Notes: a model not told the origin generated them from the sequence alone. DNA of 64,000 nt from an uncultured bacterium (GCA_964562525.1 CAZLTL010000008.1:27710-91709), one strand, 5' to 3'; shown: positions 10,407 through 19,397, counted from the first letter of the stretch. Numbers and translations: made by a program.

Positions 10407-11255
10407 TCACAGGGTGCTGGAATGAATTCTTAAAAAAAGTGCGGCGAGCTTTTCAACGGAAAGCTGATCCGCGCGAATTTTTAAATCAATCTCACACGCG
10501 GTAAAAAAACTTTCCATGCTAAACCGATCGGGCTTTTTTCCTTTTTGGCTCAATAGCAATGTCAGCAGGGTTTTCCGGCGTTCGCTGAATGCGGCTTTAA
10601 TGAACTCATGAAAAGCCGGCATCAACTCAAGATCAACAATGGGTTTCTCGTTAAAATGAAAACGGATGACATTCGAATCGACGCTAGGCGCGGGGGTAAA
10701 ACAACCCTTGGAAACGGAAAATAATTTTTCAACGCGTCCTACCGCGGAAGCGGCCGCGGCCATTCTTCCGTATTTAAATGACGCGGGCGGTGCGGATAAT
10801 TTTTCGACCACTTCCTTCTGCATCATTAAAACAGCCTCTGAAAAGGAGGGCTGTTCTTCGATCAGTTTAAATAAAATTGGCGTTGTAATGTAATAAGGTA
10901 AATTGCTGACCAATTGCACGGATTCAAACCCTTCACAAATTTCCTTAAAATTACACTTAATTACGTCCGCGTGAATTAAATGAAAGGTCTCGGGATACTC
11001 CGGCAAAAGCTCTTGTTCCAAAATCTCAACAAACTTCGGGTCCTTTTCAATGGCGATAACATCCATGCCGTGTTTCAAAAGCTCACAGGTCAAAGCCCCT
11101 AAGCCGGGCCCAATTTCAACCACGGTTTGGCCGATGCGTGGATTTAAAGCCCCGACAATTTTGCGGACCACATTCCCATCCAGCAATAAATGCTGTCCTA
11201 AGTCCCCTTTGACTTGAATTCGATATTTTTGCAAAAGGGCGGTTTGAGAAATCAT
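10407..11255 (-). CDS. rsmA: 16S rRNA (adenine1518/1519-N6)-dimethyltransferase
   Basis: LGQHLLLDGNVVRKIV...VVEIGPGLGALT KsgA motifs. Overlaps pdxA by 4 nt. Confidence 0.9.
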   Translation of the reverse strand: MISQTALLQKYRIQVKGDLGQHLLLDGNVVRKIVGALNPRIGQTVVEIGPGLGALTCELLKHGMDVIAIEKDPKFVEILEQELLPEYPETFHLIHADVIKCNFKEICEGFESVQLVSNLPYYITTPILFKLIEEQPSFSEAVLMMQKEVVEKLSAPPASFKYGRMAAAASAVGRVEKLFSVSKGCFTPAPSVDSNVIRFHFNEKPIVDLELMPAFHEFIKAAFSERRKTLLTLLLSQKGKKPDRFSMESFFTACEIDLKIRADQLSVEKLAALFLRIHSSTL

Positions 11256-12226
11256 GTCATGCTCCTTAATTTAAGCACCAAGTCAACCGCGCTCAAAAGC
11301 GATGATTCATCGGCTCTTCCTTGATAAGCAATGTCTAAAGCTGTGCCATGATCGGGTGAAGTGCGGAGATAAGGTAATCCCAAAGTCACATTCACGCCAT
11401 CCCGAAAAGAAATCATTTTAAACGGTGCCAAAGCCTGATCGTGATACATTGCAAGCACGGCGCCGAATTTTCCATGGTAAGCGTCGTAAAAAACACTGTC
11501 GCCGGGATGCGGGCCGGAAACGATATATCCTTTTTTGCGGGCTTTTTTCAGTGCCGGAATAATCACACGCTCTTCTTCATTGCCCGTTTCCTTGCCGTGA
11601 GGATTTAAAGCGCACACTGCAACCTCTTGCTTAGCAAATCGGTAACGTTTAAGAAAATCGGCTGTCAGCTCGATTTTTTCCAAAAGCAACTTTTGCGTAA
11701 TAGTCGAAGCTACTTTTCGGAGAGGGACATGTATTGTAGCGAGAGCAACAAGAAACCGGCTCCCAACAAACATCATCGCGTATTTTTTAACGCGGGCTTT
11801 TCCCGCCAAATATTCCGTATGCCCGACAAACCTGGGAGAAGACAAACGCACGGCGGTTTTATGAAGCGGAGCAGTCACAATCGCGGCAACTTGTTTTTTA
11901 CGCGCCCACTCTTCGGCCAGCCTGACGGCTTCAAGCGCTTTGGCGCCATTGATCCGGCTGAGTTTGCCAGGCTGAATTCTTCCGCCCGTGCTAATATCGA
12001 TATCTTTAAAGTAAAGTCCGTTTTTGAGCTGAGACGGCTTGCCTTGATCAAAAAACTGAAAAGGTAATTTAAGACGCAATTTCTTTGCGGCAAGATCCAA
12101 GGCCTGCTTCGATCCAATGACTAAAAATGGCGCGAGCTTGCGCTGGCGTTTAAGCGCTTTTAAAACGATCTCGGCGCCAATGCCGCCCGGATCACCCATT
12201 GTTATCGCAATTGTTTTTGATTTCAT
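11252..12226 (-). CDS. pdxA: 4-hydroxythreonine-4-phosphate dehydrogenase
   Basis: IAITMGDPGGIGAEI... PdxA family. ATG at 12224-12226. Confidence 0.85.
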   Translation of the reverse strand: MKSKTIAITMGDPGGIGAEIVLKALKRQRKLAPFLVIGSKQALDLAAKKLRLKLPFQFFDQGKPSQLKNGLYFKDIDISTGGRIQPGKLSRINGAKALEAVRLAEEWARKKQVAAIVTAPLHKTAVRLSSPRFVGHTEYLAGKARVKKYAMMFVGSRFLVALATIHVPLRKVASTITQKLLLEKIELTADFLKRYRFAKQEVAVCALNPHGKETGNEEERVIIPALKKARKKGYIVSGPHPGDSVFYDAYHGKFGAVLAMYHDQALAPFKMISFRDGVNVTLGLPYLRTSPDHGTALDIAYQGRADESSLLSAVDLVLKLRSMT

Positions 12227-12305
12227 AAAATAAGATTGAAAAGGGATAGGCTATTTTACGCGATCAAATTAAATCGATCGCATAAAACAAAACTTTACGG
12301 GATTC

Positions 12306-13301
12306 TTAGACTCTCTTACCCTTGACGGAAATATAAGCTCTTTTACGCAATTCTTCCATCCAGCGCGTAAAACGCTCTTCGCTTTTTTGAGTAAGAAGCT
12401 TGTCGTAAATCTGATCTCGCACCTGATCAAACGTTTTTTGAACCGGTAATTGTTTCTCAACCACTTTAAATAAATGATAGCCGATAGGAGTTTCAATCAC
12501 ATCGGTAAGCTGTCCGGCGGGTGTTTTAAAAATGACTTCATCCACCGCCGGAATCATTTGCCCACGCAAAATCCAGTTTCCCTTACCGCCCCGGTCCGCG
12601 TTTTTATCTTCAGAACTTTCTTCTATCAGCTTATCAAAGTCTTCACCCTTAACCGCCCTTTCCTGCAGGGCTTTGAGACGCGCTTGCGCCGCCTCATCGG
12701 CAATTCCTTTCGCGCGGGATTCATCGCTTTTTTTAATCGTAAGCGACGTAATTCGAATTTGCTCAGGCGCGGCGAATTCCGTTTGATGCGCGGCAAAATA
12801 CTCTTCGATTTCTTTAGGCGAAACAACCACCTTCGAACGGACTTCAATATCATGAAGCTTTCTTACCAGCGCTTGTTTTTTCAGTTTATCCTGTAAATCT
12901 TTGACGCTGATATTCTCTGTGCGCAAAGCTTCTTCCAGCTTCGCTTCACTGCCGAAACGTTGACGGAAAACCGCCATTTCGCGGTCCATTTCGGCTTCGC
13001 TCACATCCAGCTTTTTATTAACCGCTTCCTGATAAACAAGCCGGTCCTCAATCAGCTGACTGAGCAGTTTATCTTGCGCCTCGGCCAGCATCTTCATCAC
13101 GGTTTGTCCGCTGTAATCACGCATATACTGTTCATACAATGGGCGCAACAATCCATCCAGCTCGCTTTGCGTAATGACATCGTCATTGACCACAGCGACA
13201 ACACGGTCCAGCAACTCTTGTTTGGCCTGGGCAGAAAAGGTCCATGCCATCGCAAAAAGAAACACGCCAACGCAAAAAATTCGACTTAGTTTATTAATCA
13301 T
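12306..13301 (-). CDS. surA: SurA-like periplasmic chaperone / parvulin-type peptidyl-prolyl isomerase
   Basis: Signal peptide MINKLSRIFCVGVFLFAMAWTFSAQA, SurA N-terminal-like region, and a parvulin PPIase domain (PAGQLTDVIETPIGYHLFKV). Lies directly upstream of pdxA-rsmA, as in the E. coli surA-pdxA-ksgA operon. Confidence 0.8.
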   Translation of the reverse strand: MINKLSRIFCVGVFLFAMAWTFSAQAKQELLDRVVAVVNDDVITQSELDGLLRPLYEQYMRDYSGQTVMKMLAEAQDKLLSQLIEDRLVYQEAVNKKLDVSEAEMDREMAVFRQRFGSEAKLEEALRTENISVKDLQDKLKKQALVRKLHDIEVRSKVVVSPKEIEEYFAAHQTEFAAPEQIRITSLTIKKSDESRAKGIADEAAQARLKALQERAVKGEDFDKLIEESSEDKNADRGGKGNWILRGQMIPAVDEVIFKTPAGQLTDVIETPIGYHLFKVVEKQLPVQKTFDQVRDQIYDKLLTQKSEERFTRWMEELRKRAYISVKGKRV

Positions 13302-15214
13302 ATTCTTCTGACGGCCTCTGTGTTTTGATTATTCATTTGTTCTTCAATCGCTTGTTTCAGCATTCGGCAATACATATCAAAACCCACCGCATGAATGAAG
13401 CCGCTTTGCTCATGCCCCAAAAGATTCCCCGCTCCGCGGATCTGCAAATCCTCGACGGCAATTTTAAAGCCGGACCCCAGATCTGTAAACCGCTCAATCG
13501 CCTTAAGACGCTTTGAAGCTTCCTCTCCCATCGCCGCCTGCGGAGGGATCAATAAATAGGCATAAGCCTGCCTTTCCTGATGATAGCGTCCTACACGCCC
13601 GCGCAGCTGGTATAAATCAGCCAACCCGAACATGTCCGCCCGATCCACAATCAAAGTATTCACATTGGGAATATCAATCCCGGACTCCACGATATTGGTC
13701 GCAATCAGACAATCCAGCCTATGCTCCATAAAATCCTTCATCACTTTTTCAAGCGCTCCCGAAGGCATTTGCCCATGTGCCACTCCCAGACGAACATCCG
13801 GCAAAAGTCTTTTCAGCTTCAAATAAACTTTTTCCATATCCTGCACACGGTTGTGAATAAAATAAATTTGTCCTTTTCTCTCAAGCTCTTTCTTCACAGA
13901 CTGCGTAATGAGCCCCTCGCTATAAGGGGTCACATAAGTTTCAACCGGAAGGCGCGTTTTGGGCGGCGTATCAATCACGGACATATCCCGCACGCCCAAC
14001 ATCGATAAATGCAAAGTTCGCGGAATCGGAGTCGCGGTCAGCGTCAAAATATCCACAAGCGCGCGCATGGACTTCAATCTTTCCTTGTGCGTCACGCCAA
14101 AACGCTGCTCTTCATCAATAATCACCAAACCCAGGTCTTTGAAATGAATATCTTTCGAAAGCAGCCGATGCGTCCCGACCACGATATCGATTTCGCCTAG
14201 CCGTAAGCCTTCGCTGATTTGCTTGCCCTCTTCTTTGGTTTGGAACCGCGAAAGCAATTGAACGCGTACGGGAAATTCTTTTAAACGTTCTTTAAGCCGC
14301 AAGTAATGCTGTTCGGCAAGCAAGGTTGTGGGAACCAGAAAAGCCACTTGCTTTCCATTCAAGGCAGCGCGAAAAGCCGCGCGAATGGCGACTTCGGTCT
14401 TGCCATAGCCCACATCGCCGCACAACAAACGATCCATGGGCCGCAAGCCTTCCATGTCAGCGTAAACTTCTTTTAGAGAGCGCTTTTGACCTTCCGTTAG
14501 ATCAAAAGAAAAACCTCTGGAAAATTTTTCTTCCCACTCCGCCTGAGCCTTAAATTCAAAACCTTTTTCAATATTCCGTTTCACCTGAATTTCAAGCATG
14601 TCGGCGGCAACCCGGTGCAAAGCATTTTTTGTTTTTTGCTGAACTCTTTCCCAGTCTTTGGAATGCAGCTTGGTCAGCTTGGGGCGCGCGTAAGATCCGC
14701 CGATGAAGCGCTCGACAGGTTCGCGCGTTGAGACGTAAAGTATTTCGCGATCGGCATATTCAATCGCAAGATGCTTCTCTTTTTTTCCGGAATCATTCAG
14801 CGTTTTGAGTCCTAAGAATTTTCCGACTCCGTAATTGGGATGAACGACGTAATCCCCCCGCTCAAGATCCTTCGACTTAAAAACCGGTTCGAAAAGAGCG
14901 AATTGCTCTTCCAGCTTATCCAGCTTCCGTTGAAAAAGATCGGAAACCGGCATCAAAAAAACTTCGTCGAATTCGGTTAAATTGCGCCCATCTGAGAGAG
15001 TGAAATCCCGGATATTAGCAATGGCGTCATTGACAATGCGCACGCGCACCGGAAGACGATAAGACACGGGAAAAATATCGCAAGCCGCGCCCCGTAAACT
15101 ATATTGCCCCGGAGTGCTGACCGCCGGAACAGACTGGTAGTGCAATTCGGAAAGCTTGCGTTCAAGCTCATCGGGTTTGAAAGATTGGCCGACTTTAATT
15201 TGATGCAGTTCCAT
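13298..15214 (-). CDS. mfd: Transcription-repair coupling factor, short form: RNAP-interacting domain plus superfamily-2 translocase core only
   Basis: 638 aa. Carries the CarD/TRCF RNAP-interacting motif (GDYVVHPNYGVGKF) and helicase motifs LLCGDVGYGKTEVA, DEEQRFG, TATPIPRT, QLRGRVGR. Collinear with E. coli Mfd from just before domain 4 to the end of domain 6. The UvrB-homology module (D1a/D2/D1b) and C-terminal D7 have no counterpart. Confidence 0.85.
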   Translation of the reverse strand: MELHQIKVGQSFKPDELERKLSELHYQSVPAVSTPGQYSLRGAACDIFPVSYRLPVRVRIVNDAIANIRDFTLSDGRNLTEFDEVFLMPVSDLFQRKLDKLEEQFALFEPVFKSKDLERGDYVVHPNYGVGKFLGLKTLNDSGKKEKHLAIEYADREILYVSTREPVERFIGGSYARPKLTKLHSKDWERVQQKTKNALHRVAADMLEIQVKRNIEKGFEFKAQAEWEEKFSRGFSFDLTEGQKRSLKEVYADMEGLRPMDRLLCGDVGYGKTEVAIRAAFRAALNGKQVAFLVPTTLLAEQHYLRLKERLKEFPVRVQLLSRFQTKEEGKQISEGLRLGEIDIVVGTHRLLSKDIHFKDLGLVIIDEEQRFGVTHKERLKSMRALVDILTLTATPIPRTLHLSMLGVRDMSVIDTPPKTRLPVETYVTPYSEGLITQSVKKELERKGQIYFIHNRVQDMEKVYLKLKRLLPDVRLGVAHGQMPSGALEKVMKDFMEHRLDCLIATNIVESGIDIPNVNTLIVDRADMFGLADLYQLRGRVGRYHQERQAYAYLLIPPQAAMGEEASKRLKAIERFTDLGSGFKIAVEDLQIRGAGNLLGHEQSGFIHAVGFDMYCRMLKQAIEEQMNNQNTEAVRRI

Positions 15215-15253
15215 AAAATCCCATTATAGGCTCGGAACCAAGAAAGCGAGAGT

Positions 15254-16453
15254 TTACGCGCGAGCTCCGGTTGAGCTCAGAGGAGAAATATGAACGGCCA
15301 TGCGGCGGACAGCCTCTTCAATATCTTTTTCAGAAGTCGCGTAGCTAACACGGATATGTTTACTGCTTCCGAACGGTTCGCCCGGCACAACCGCAACCAA
15401 AGCTTTTTCAAGCAGCAAATCAGAAATCTGCAATCCCGTCATTCCGGTGTCAGCCACATTGATGAAAAGATAAAAAGCTCCGTCAGGACGAAAAGGCTTG
15501 AGCGAAGGAATTTGCTTCAGTAAATGAATAAACAAATCCCGGCGCTTTTCATAAACCGCGCACATTTTTGCGGCTTCCGCATCGCCCTGATCCAGTGCGG
15601 TAATACCGCCGGCTTGCGCGAATGAATTGGGGTTCGATGTCGAATGGCTTTGAAAACTGGAAAAAGCTTTCGCCATCGCCTTATCAGGAATGCCGGCATA
15701 ACCCAAACGCCAGCCTGTCATGGCATAAGCTTTGCTGTGGCCGTTCACAACGATTGTACGTGACGCTATTTCAGAATCCAAAGACGCGATAGAAACCGCT
15801 TTAACGCCGCCAAAGCACAGTTTTTCATAAATTTCATCGCTTAAAATCTGTACATGCGGATTTTTTTTCAACACTGGTATCAGCGCTCGAAATTCTTTTT
15901 CTGAATAAACCGCGCCGGTCGGATTTGACGGCGAGTTCAAAATCAAAATTTTGGTTTTGGGTGTAATTGCTTTTTCAAGCATTTCCGGCGTAATTTTAAA
16001 ACCGGTTGCTTCGGTTGTTTCAATCAAAACACTTTTACCACCGCACAAAGTGGCCATTTCGGGATAACTAAGCCAGAAAGGCGACGGAATGACAACTTCA
16101 TCACCGGGATTGAGCAGAGTATAAAACAAATTAAAGATGACATGCTTCGCGCCTGAACCGACCACCACTTGTTCGGGCTCAAAAGTCAGTCCCTGATCGC
16201 GCTTAAATTTACGGATAACTGCCTGCTTAATTTCAGGCGTTCCGGTTTCAGGCGTATATTTCGTAGCGCCTTTTTGAAGAGCTTGAATAGCAGAGTCTTT
16301 AATGCTCTGCGGGGTATCAAAGTCAGGCTCCCCGGCACTGAGGGAAATAACATCCAGGCCTTGCGCGCGCATAGCTTTAGCCTTCGCGGCAATACCTAAA
16401 GTCAGTGAAGGTTTAACTGCTAACACACGGCTCGAAAGAGGAATTGAGGTCAT
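15254..16453 (-). CDS. Class I pyridoxal-phosphate aminotransferase (aspartate aminotransferase-like)
   Basis: 399 aa with NSPSNPTGAVY and NGHSKAYAMTGWRLGY (PLP-lysine region). Confidence 0.85.
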   Translation of the reverse strand: MTSIPLSSRVLAVKPSLTLGIAAKAKAMRAQGLDVISLSAGEPDFDTPQSIKDSAIQALQKGATKYTPETGTPEIKQAVIRKFKRDQGLTFEPEQVVVGSGAKHVIFNLFYTLLNPGDEVVIPSPFWLSYPEMATLCGGKSVLIETTEATGFKITPEMLEKAITPKTKILILNSPSNPTGAVYSEKEFRALIPVLKKNPHVQILSDEIYEKLCFGGVKAVSIASLDSEIASRTIVVNGHSKAYAMTGWRLGYAGIPDKAMAKAFSSFQSHSTSNPNSFAQAGGITALDQGDAEAAKMCAVYEKRRDLFIHLLKQIPSLKPFRPDGAFYLFINVADTGMTGLQISDLLLEKALVAVVPGEPFGSSKHIRVSYATSEKDIEEAVRRMAVHISPLSSTGARA

Positions 16454-16470
16454 ATATTAAATGTTCCCAG

Positions 16471-16523
16471 CGGTTGGGCTGTTCGGTTGCGCTCGCGCAG
16501 AGGCAAGCTAAACAGCCCAGAGC
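16471..16523 (+). repeat. Intergenic palindromic repeat, copy 1: nested copies (outer stem GGCTGTT/AACAGCC enclosing inner CGGTTGCGCTCGCGCAGAGG at 16484-16503)
   Basis: CGGTTG GGCTGTT [CGGTTG CGC TCG CGC AGAGG] caagcta AACAGCC CAGAGC taaat. Confidence 0.6.
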
Positions 16524-16582
16524 TAAATAAAAAACAGAGCTCTGAGCTTCGCGCAACGATGCGGTTGAGCGAAGCTCAGAGC
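16524..16582 (-). terminator. Intrinsic terminator of the r-protein/rpoA super-operon, built from an inverted doublet of the intergenic repeat
   Basis: Perfect 14-bp inverted repeat GCTCTGAGCTTCGC / GCGAAGCTCAGAGC (16539-16582), 15 nt after the rplQ stop. On the minus strand it is followed by UCUGUUUUUUAUUUAG. Confidence 0.7.
16539..16582 (+). repeat. Repeat copy 2: inverted doublet (reverse-orientation half plus forward GCGGTTGAGCGAAGCTCAGAGC)
   Basis: 14-bp arms. Doubles as the rplQ terminator. Confidence 0.6.
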
Positions 16583-16596
16583 TGAGCGTGAACCGA

Positions 16597-17151
16597 TTAT
16601 TGTTCGCGCTTAAAAAACTTGCGCAAGTTCCCGACAAAACCCTTTTTCTTTTCAGGATCTTTATCTACGGCTTTTTCTTCAACCTTAGGCGCTTCGGCTT
16701 TTTTGGTTTTCTTTTCCGTGGCAACGGGAGCCTCAGCCGCTACATCTTTTTTAGCTGCAGCCTTCTTCGTTTTCTTCTTATACACAGGCGCGTCAAAAAC
16801 TTCCGTAAATTCAAGCAACGCACGCTGGGCATTGTCACCCGTGCGAACGGTTGTCTTCAAAACACGCGTATAGCCGCCCTTACGAGAGCCAAACTTCGGC
16901 AAAACCTGATCAATCAGCTGTTCCGCCGTGCGCGCACATCCCAATTTCGCAATCAGCAAACGGCGCGCGTGCAAACCGCCGCGTTTCGCGATTGTAACCA
17001 AACTATCAACAAACGCGCTGGCTTCGCGAGCCCGAGCATAAGTTGTAACAATCTGCTTATGATGCACCAAGCTTTTCGCTAAATTACGCAAAAGCGCCGT
17101 ACGGTGATCGGTTGTAACTCCAAGTTTTCTTCTCATTCGACGATGACGCAT
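16597..17151 (-). CDS. rplQ: 50S ribosomal protein L17 with ~70-aa Lys/Ala-rich C-terminal tail
   Basis: MRHRRMRRKLGVTTDHRTALLRNL... then KKKTKKAAAKKDVAAEAPVATEKKTKKAEAPK... Last gene of the super-operon. Confidence 0.95.
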   Translation of the reverse strand: MRHRRMRRKLGVTTDHRTALLRNLAKSLVHHKQIVTTYARAREASAFVDSLVTIAKRGGLHARRLLIAKLGCARTAEQLIDQVLPKFGSRKGGYTRVLKTTVRTGDNAQRALLEFTEVFDAPVYKKKTKKAAAKKDVAAEAPVATEKKTKKAEAPKVEEKAVDKDPEKKKGFVGNLRKFFKREQ

Positions 17152-17183
17152 ATCAATCTACCTTTTTCTTAATTTTCTATTTG

Positions 17184-17204
17184 CGCTTGTGCGCAGCACA
17201 AAGC
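17184..17204 (+). repeat. Repeat copy 3 (degenerate: CGCTTG TGCGC/GCACA AAGC AAAATTT)
   Basis: rpoA-rplQ spacer, 13 nt after the rpoA stop. Confidence 0.45.
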
Positions 17205-17217
17205 AAAATTTAAAAGC

Positions 17218-18243
17218 TTAGGACGCGGAAGCTGTTTCAGGGCTTGCGGCAGGAGCTTCCGTTGAAGCTTTTCCAGCAAGACGCGCATCCACATCCATCC
17301 CAAGAGAAAGCCCCATAGTAACGAGAATCGCATTGATTTCGTTCAAAGACTTCTTCCCAAAATTCTTATACTTCAGCATCTGCGCTTCGCTCTTGCGAAT
17401 CAAATCCCCGATGGTTTTGATATTCGCGGCTTCAAGACAATTCGCGCTTCTTACTGAAAGTTCAAGCTCGCTGATCGGCTTCGCAACAACGTCACGGAAC
17501 CCTTTGTCTTCCTCTTCTTCTTCCTCTTCTTCTTCAGGAATTTCGCCGTAATTGACGAAAATATCCAAATGACGTTGAAGAATGTTGGAAGCATAAAGCA
17601 TCACTTCTTCAGGGCTCATCGCGCCATTGGTCCAAACTTCAAGGTTAAGCTTGTCATAATCCGTCATCTGTCCGACGCGGGTATCTTCAACCGAAAAATT
17701 AACCTTGGTTACGGGCGAATAAATCGAATCAACGGGAATAATTCCAATCCCATCATCTTCTTTTTTATTGCGCTCAGCAGCAACGTATCCGCGGCCGCGG
17801 CCGATTTCAAGCTCCATCCGGAATGGACGATCTTTCGACAAGGTGCAAATCACAAGATCCTTGTTCACGATCTCAACCGTTTCATCGGCTTGAATATCTC
17901 CGGCTGTGATCGGGCCTTCTTTTTTGGCTTCGATGATAAGCTTTTTGGTACCTTTGCCATGATAACGAAGAACAAGCTTCTTCACATTGAGGACGATTTG
18001 AGTGCCGTCTTCATAAACGCCATCCAAAGTCGCGAACTCATGCAGCATACCTTCAACTTTGATGCTTGTAACCGCGGCACCGTCAATGGACGAAATCAAA
18101 ACCCGACGAAGCGAGTTTCCGATGGTCGTGCCGTATCCGCGCTCAAAAGGTTCCGCAATAAATTTGCCGTATGTTTTGGTAAGAGTTGTCTTTTCAACCT
18201 CTAACCGTTTCGGCAACTCAAAAGTTTTCCAACGAATTCCCAT
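17218..18243 (-). CDS. rpoA: DNA-directed RNA polymerase subunit alpha
   Basis: 341 aa with an NTD and alpha-CTD. Poly-Glu run (EEEEEEEEDK) in the interdomain linker. Confidence 0.95.
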   Translation of the reverse strand: MGIRWKTFELPKRLEVEKTTLTKTYGKFIAEPFERGYGTTIGNSLRRVLISSIDGAAVTSIKVEGMLHEFATLDGVYEDGTQIVLNVKKLVLRYHGKGTKKLIIEAKKEGPITAGDIQADETVEIVNKDLVICTLSKDRPFRMELEIGRGRGYVAAERNKKEDDGIGIIPVDSIYSPVTKVNFSVEDTRVGQMTDYDKLNLEVWTNGAMSPEEVMLYASNILQRHLDIFVNYGEIPEEEEEEEEEDKGFRDVVAKPISELELSVRSANCLEAANIKTIGDLIRKSEAQMLKYKNFGKKSLNEINAILVTMGLSLGMDVDARLAGKASTEAPAASPETASAS

Positions 18244-18294
18244 TTACAACCTCCTGGTGAACTAACTCTAAAAACTAAAAATTTTTTGCTTTTA

Positions 18295-18317
18295 TGTGCT
18301 TCTAGCACACAGAGTCC
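18295..18317 (+). repeat. Repeat copy 4 (degenerate: TTATG TGC ttcta GCA CAGAGTCC)
   Basis: rpsD-rpoA spacer. Confidence 0.4.
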
Positions 18318-18335
18318 AATAAAACTAAAAACAGT

Positions 18336-18962
18336 TTATTTGGAATAAAGCTCGACGATCATCGACTCTTCAACCGGCAGATTCGCGTCCGCTTTGGTCG
18401 GCAAACGCAATACTTCCGCCTCAAGCTTTTCTTGATTGAGAGAAAGCCATTCCGGAGTCTTAAGATCATTCCACTTCTCAAGATAATCCTTCACGCGCTT
18501 GGTTGTTTTCTCTTTCGCCTTAACCGAAATACGGTCACCGGCCTTAACTTGATAAGAAGGAATATTAACCTTCTTGCCATTCACTAAAACATGCCCATGG
18601 TTTACGAACTGACGCGCTTCACGGCGTGTCGTTGAAAACAAAAGCCGATAAACAACGTTGTCTAAACGGCATTCAAGCATGCGAATCAGATTTTCACCGG
18701 TAACACCCTTTTGACGGGCAGCACGCACAAAGAAAAGGTGAAATTGACGCTCAAGCAGTCCGTAAATTCTTTTCAGCTTTTGCTTTTCGCGAAACTGTAC
18801 GCCGTAGTCAGACATCTTGCGCTGACGACCAGCACCATGCTGCCCGGGACGCTTTTCCAAACGTTTTGTATGTTTGTCATCGGTATCACGACGGCCTTTA
18901 AGACCGAGGTTTATCCCTTCCGCGCGGTTAAGACGAACAACTGGACCAATATACTTTGCCAT
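18336..18962 (-). CDS. rpsD: 30S ribosomal protein S4
   Basis: MAKYIGPVVRLNRAEGINL... Confidence 0.95.
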   Translation of the reverse strand: MAKYIGPVVRLNRAEGINLGLKGRRDTDDKHTKRLEKRPGQHGAGRQRKMSDYGVQFREKQKLKRIYGLLERQFHLFFVRAARQKGVTGENLIRMLECRLDNVVYRLLFSTTRREARQFVNHGHVLVNGKKVNIPSYQVKAGDRISVKAKEKTTKRVKDYLEKWNDLKTPEWLSLNQEKLEAEVLRLPTKADANLPVEESMIVELYSK

Positions 18963-18964
18963 AA

Positions 18965-19333
18965 TCAGACTCTCCTTTTCTTGGGAGGACGGCAGCCGTT
19001 ATGCGGAACGGGTGTGATATCCGTAATTGAGCTTACTTGAAGTCCAGCAAGCTGCAATGCGCGAACCGCGGATTCTCTTCCGCCGCCCGGCCCCTTAACA
19101 AAAACTTCAACTTCTTTCATTCCAAATTCCATCGCCTTTTTAGCCGCCTTTTCTGAGGCAACCTGAGCCGCGAACGGCGTTGATTTTTTCGAGCCCGCGA
19201 AACCATTCGCGCCCGAAGAAGACCAGCACACGGTCTGACCTTTCGGGTCAGAGATCGTTACGATCGTATTATTAAAACTAGCGAACACATGCACGACACC
19301 CTTCGTCAGATGCCGGATCTTTTTCTTAGCCAT
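18965..19333 (-). CDS. rpsK: 30S ribosomal protein S11
   Basis: [33 protein letters not shown]... Confidence 0.95.
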   Translation of the reverse strand: MAKKKIRHLTKGVVHVFASFNNTIVTISDPKGQTVCWSSSGANGFAGSKKSTPFAAQVASEKAAKKAMEFGMKEVEVFVKGPGGGRESAVRALQLAGLQVSSITDITPVPHNGCRPPKKRRV

Positions 19334-19374
19334 TCGTTCTGTCTCCTGTTTACTTACTTATCTAAATCTTAATG

Positions 19375-19397
19375 CCGATTGGGCGAAGCCCAGAGGC
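19375..19397 (+). repeat. Repeat copy 5: CCGATTG GGC GAA GCC CAGAGGC
   Basis: rpsM-rpsK spacer. 12 nt after the rpsM stop and 41 nt before the rpsK ATG. Confidence 0.6.

Noticed and set aside
12269-12496. 75-aa minus-strand ORF overlapping the surA 3' end and the pdxA-surA spacer
   Set aside because: It overlaps surA in another frame with no SD. The spacer shows no tRNA or ncRNA-like structure.
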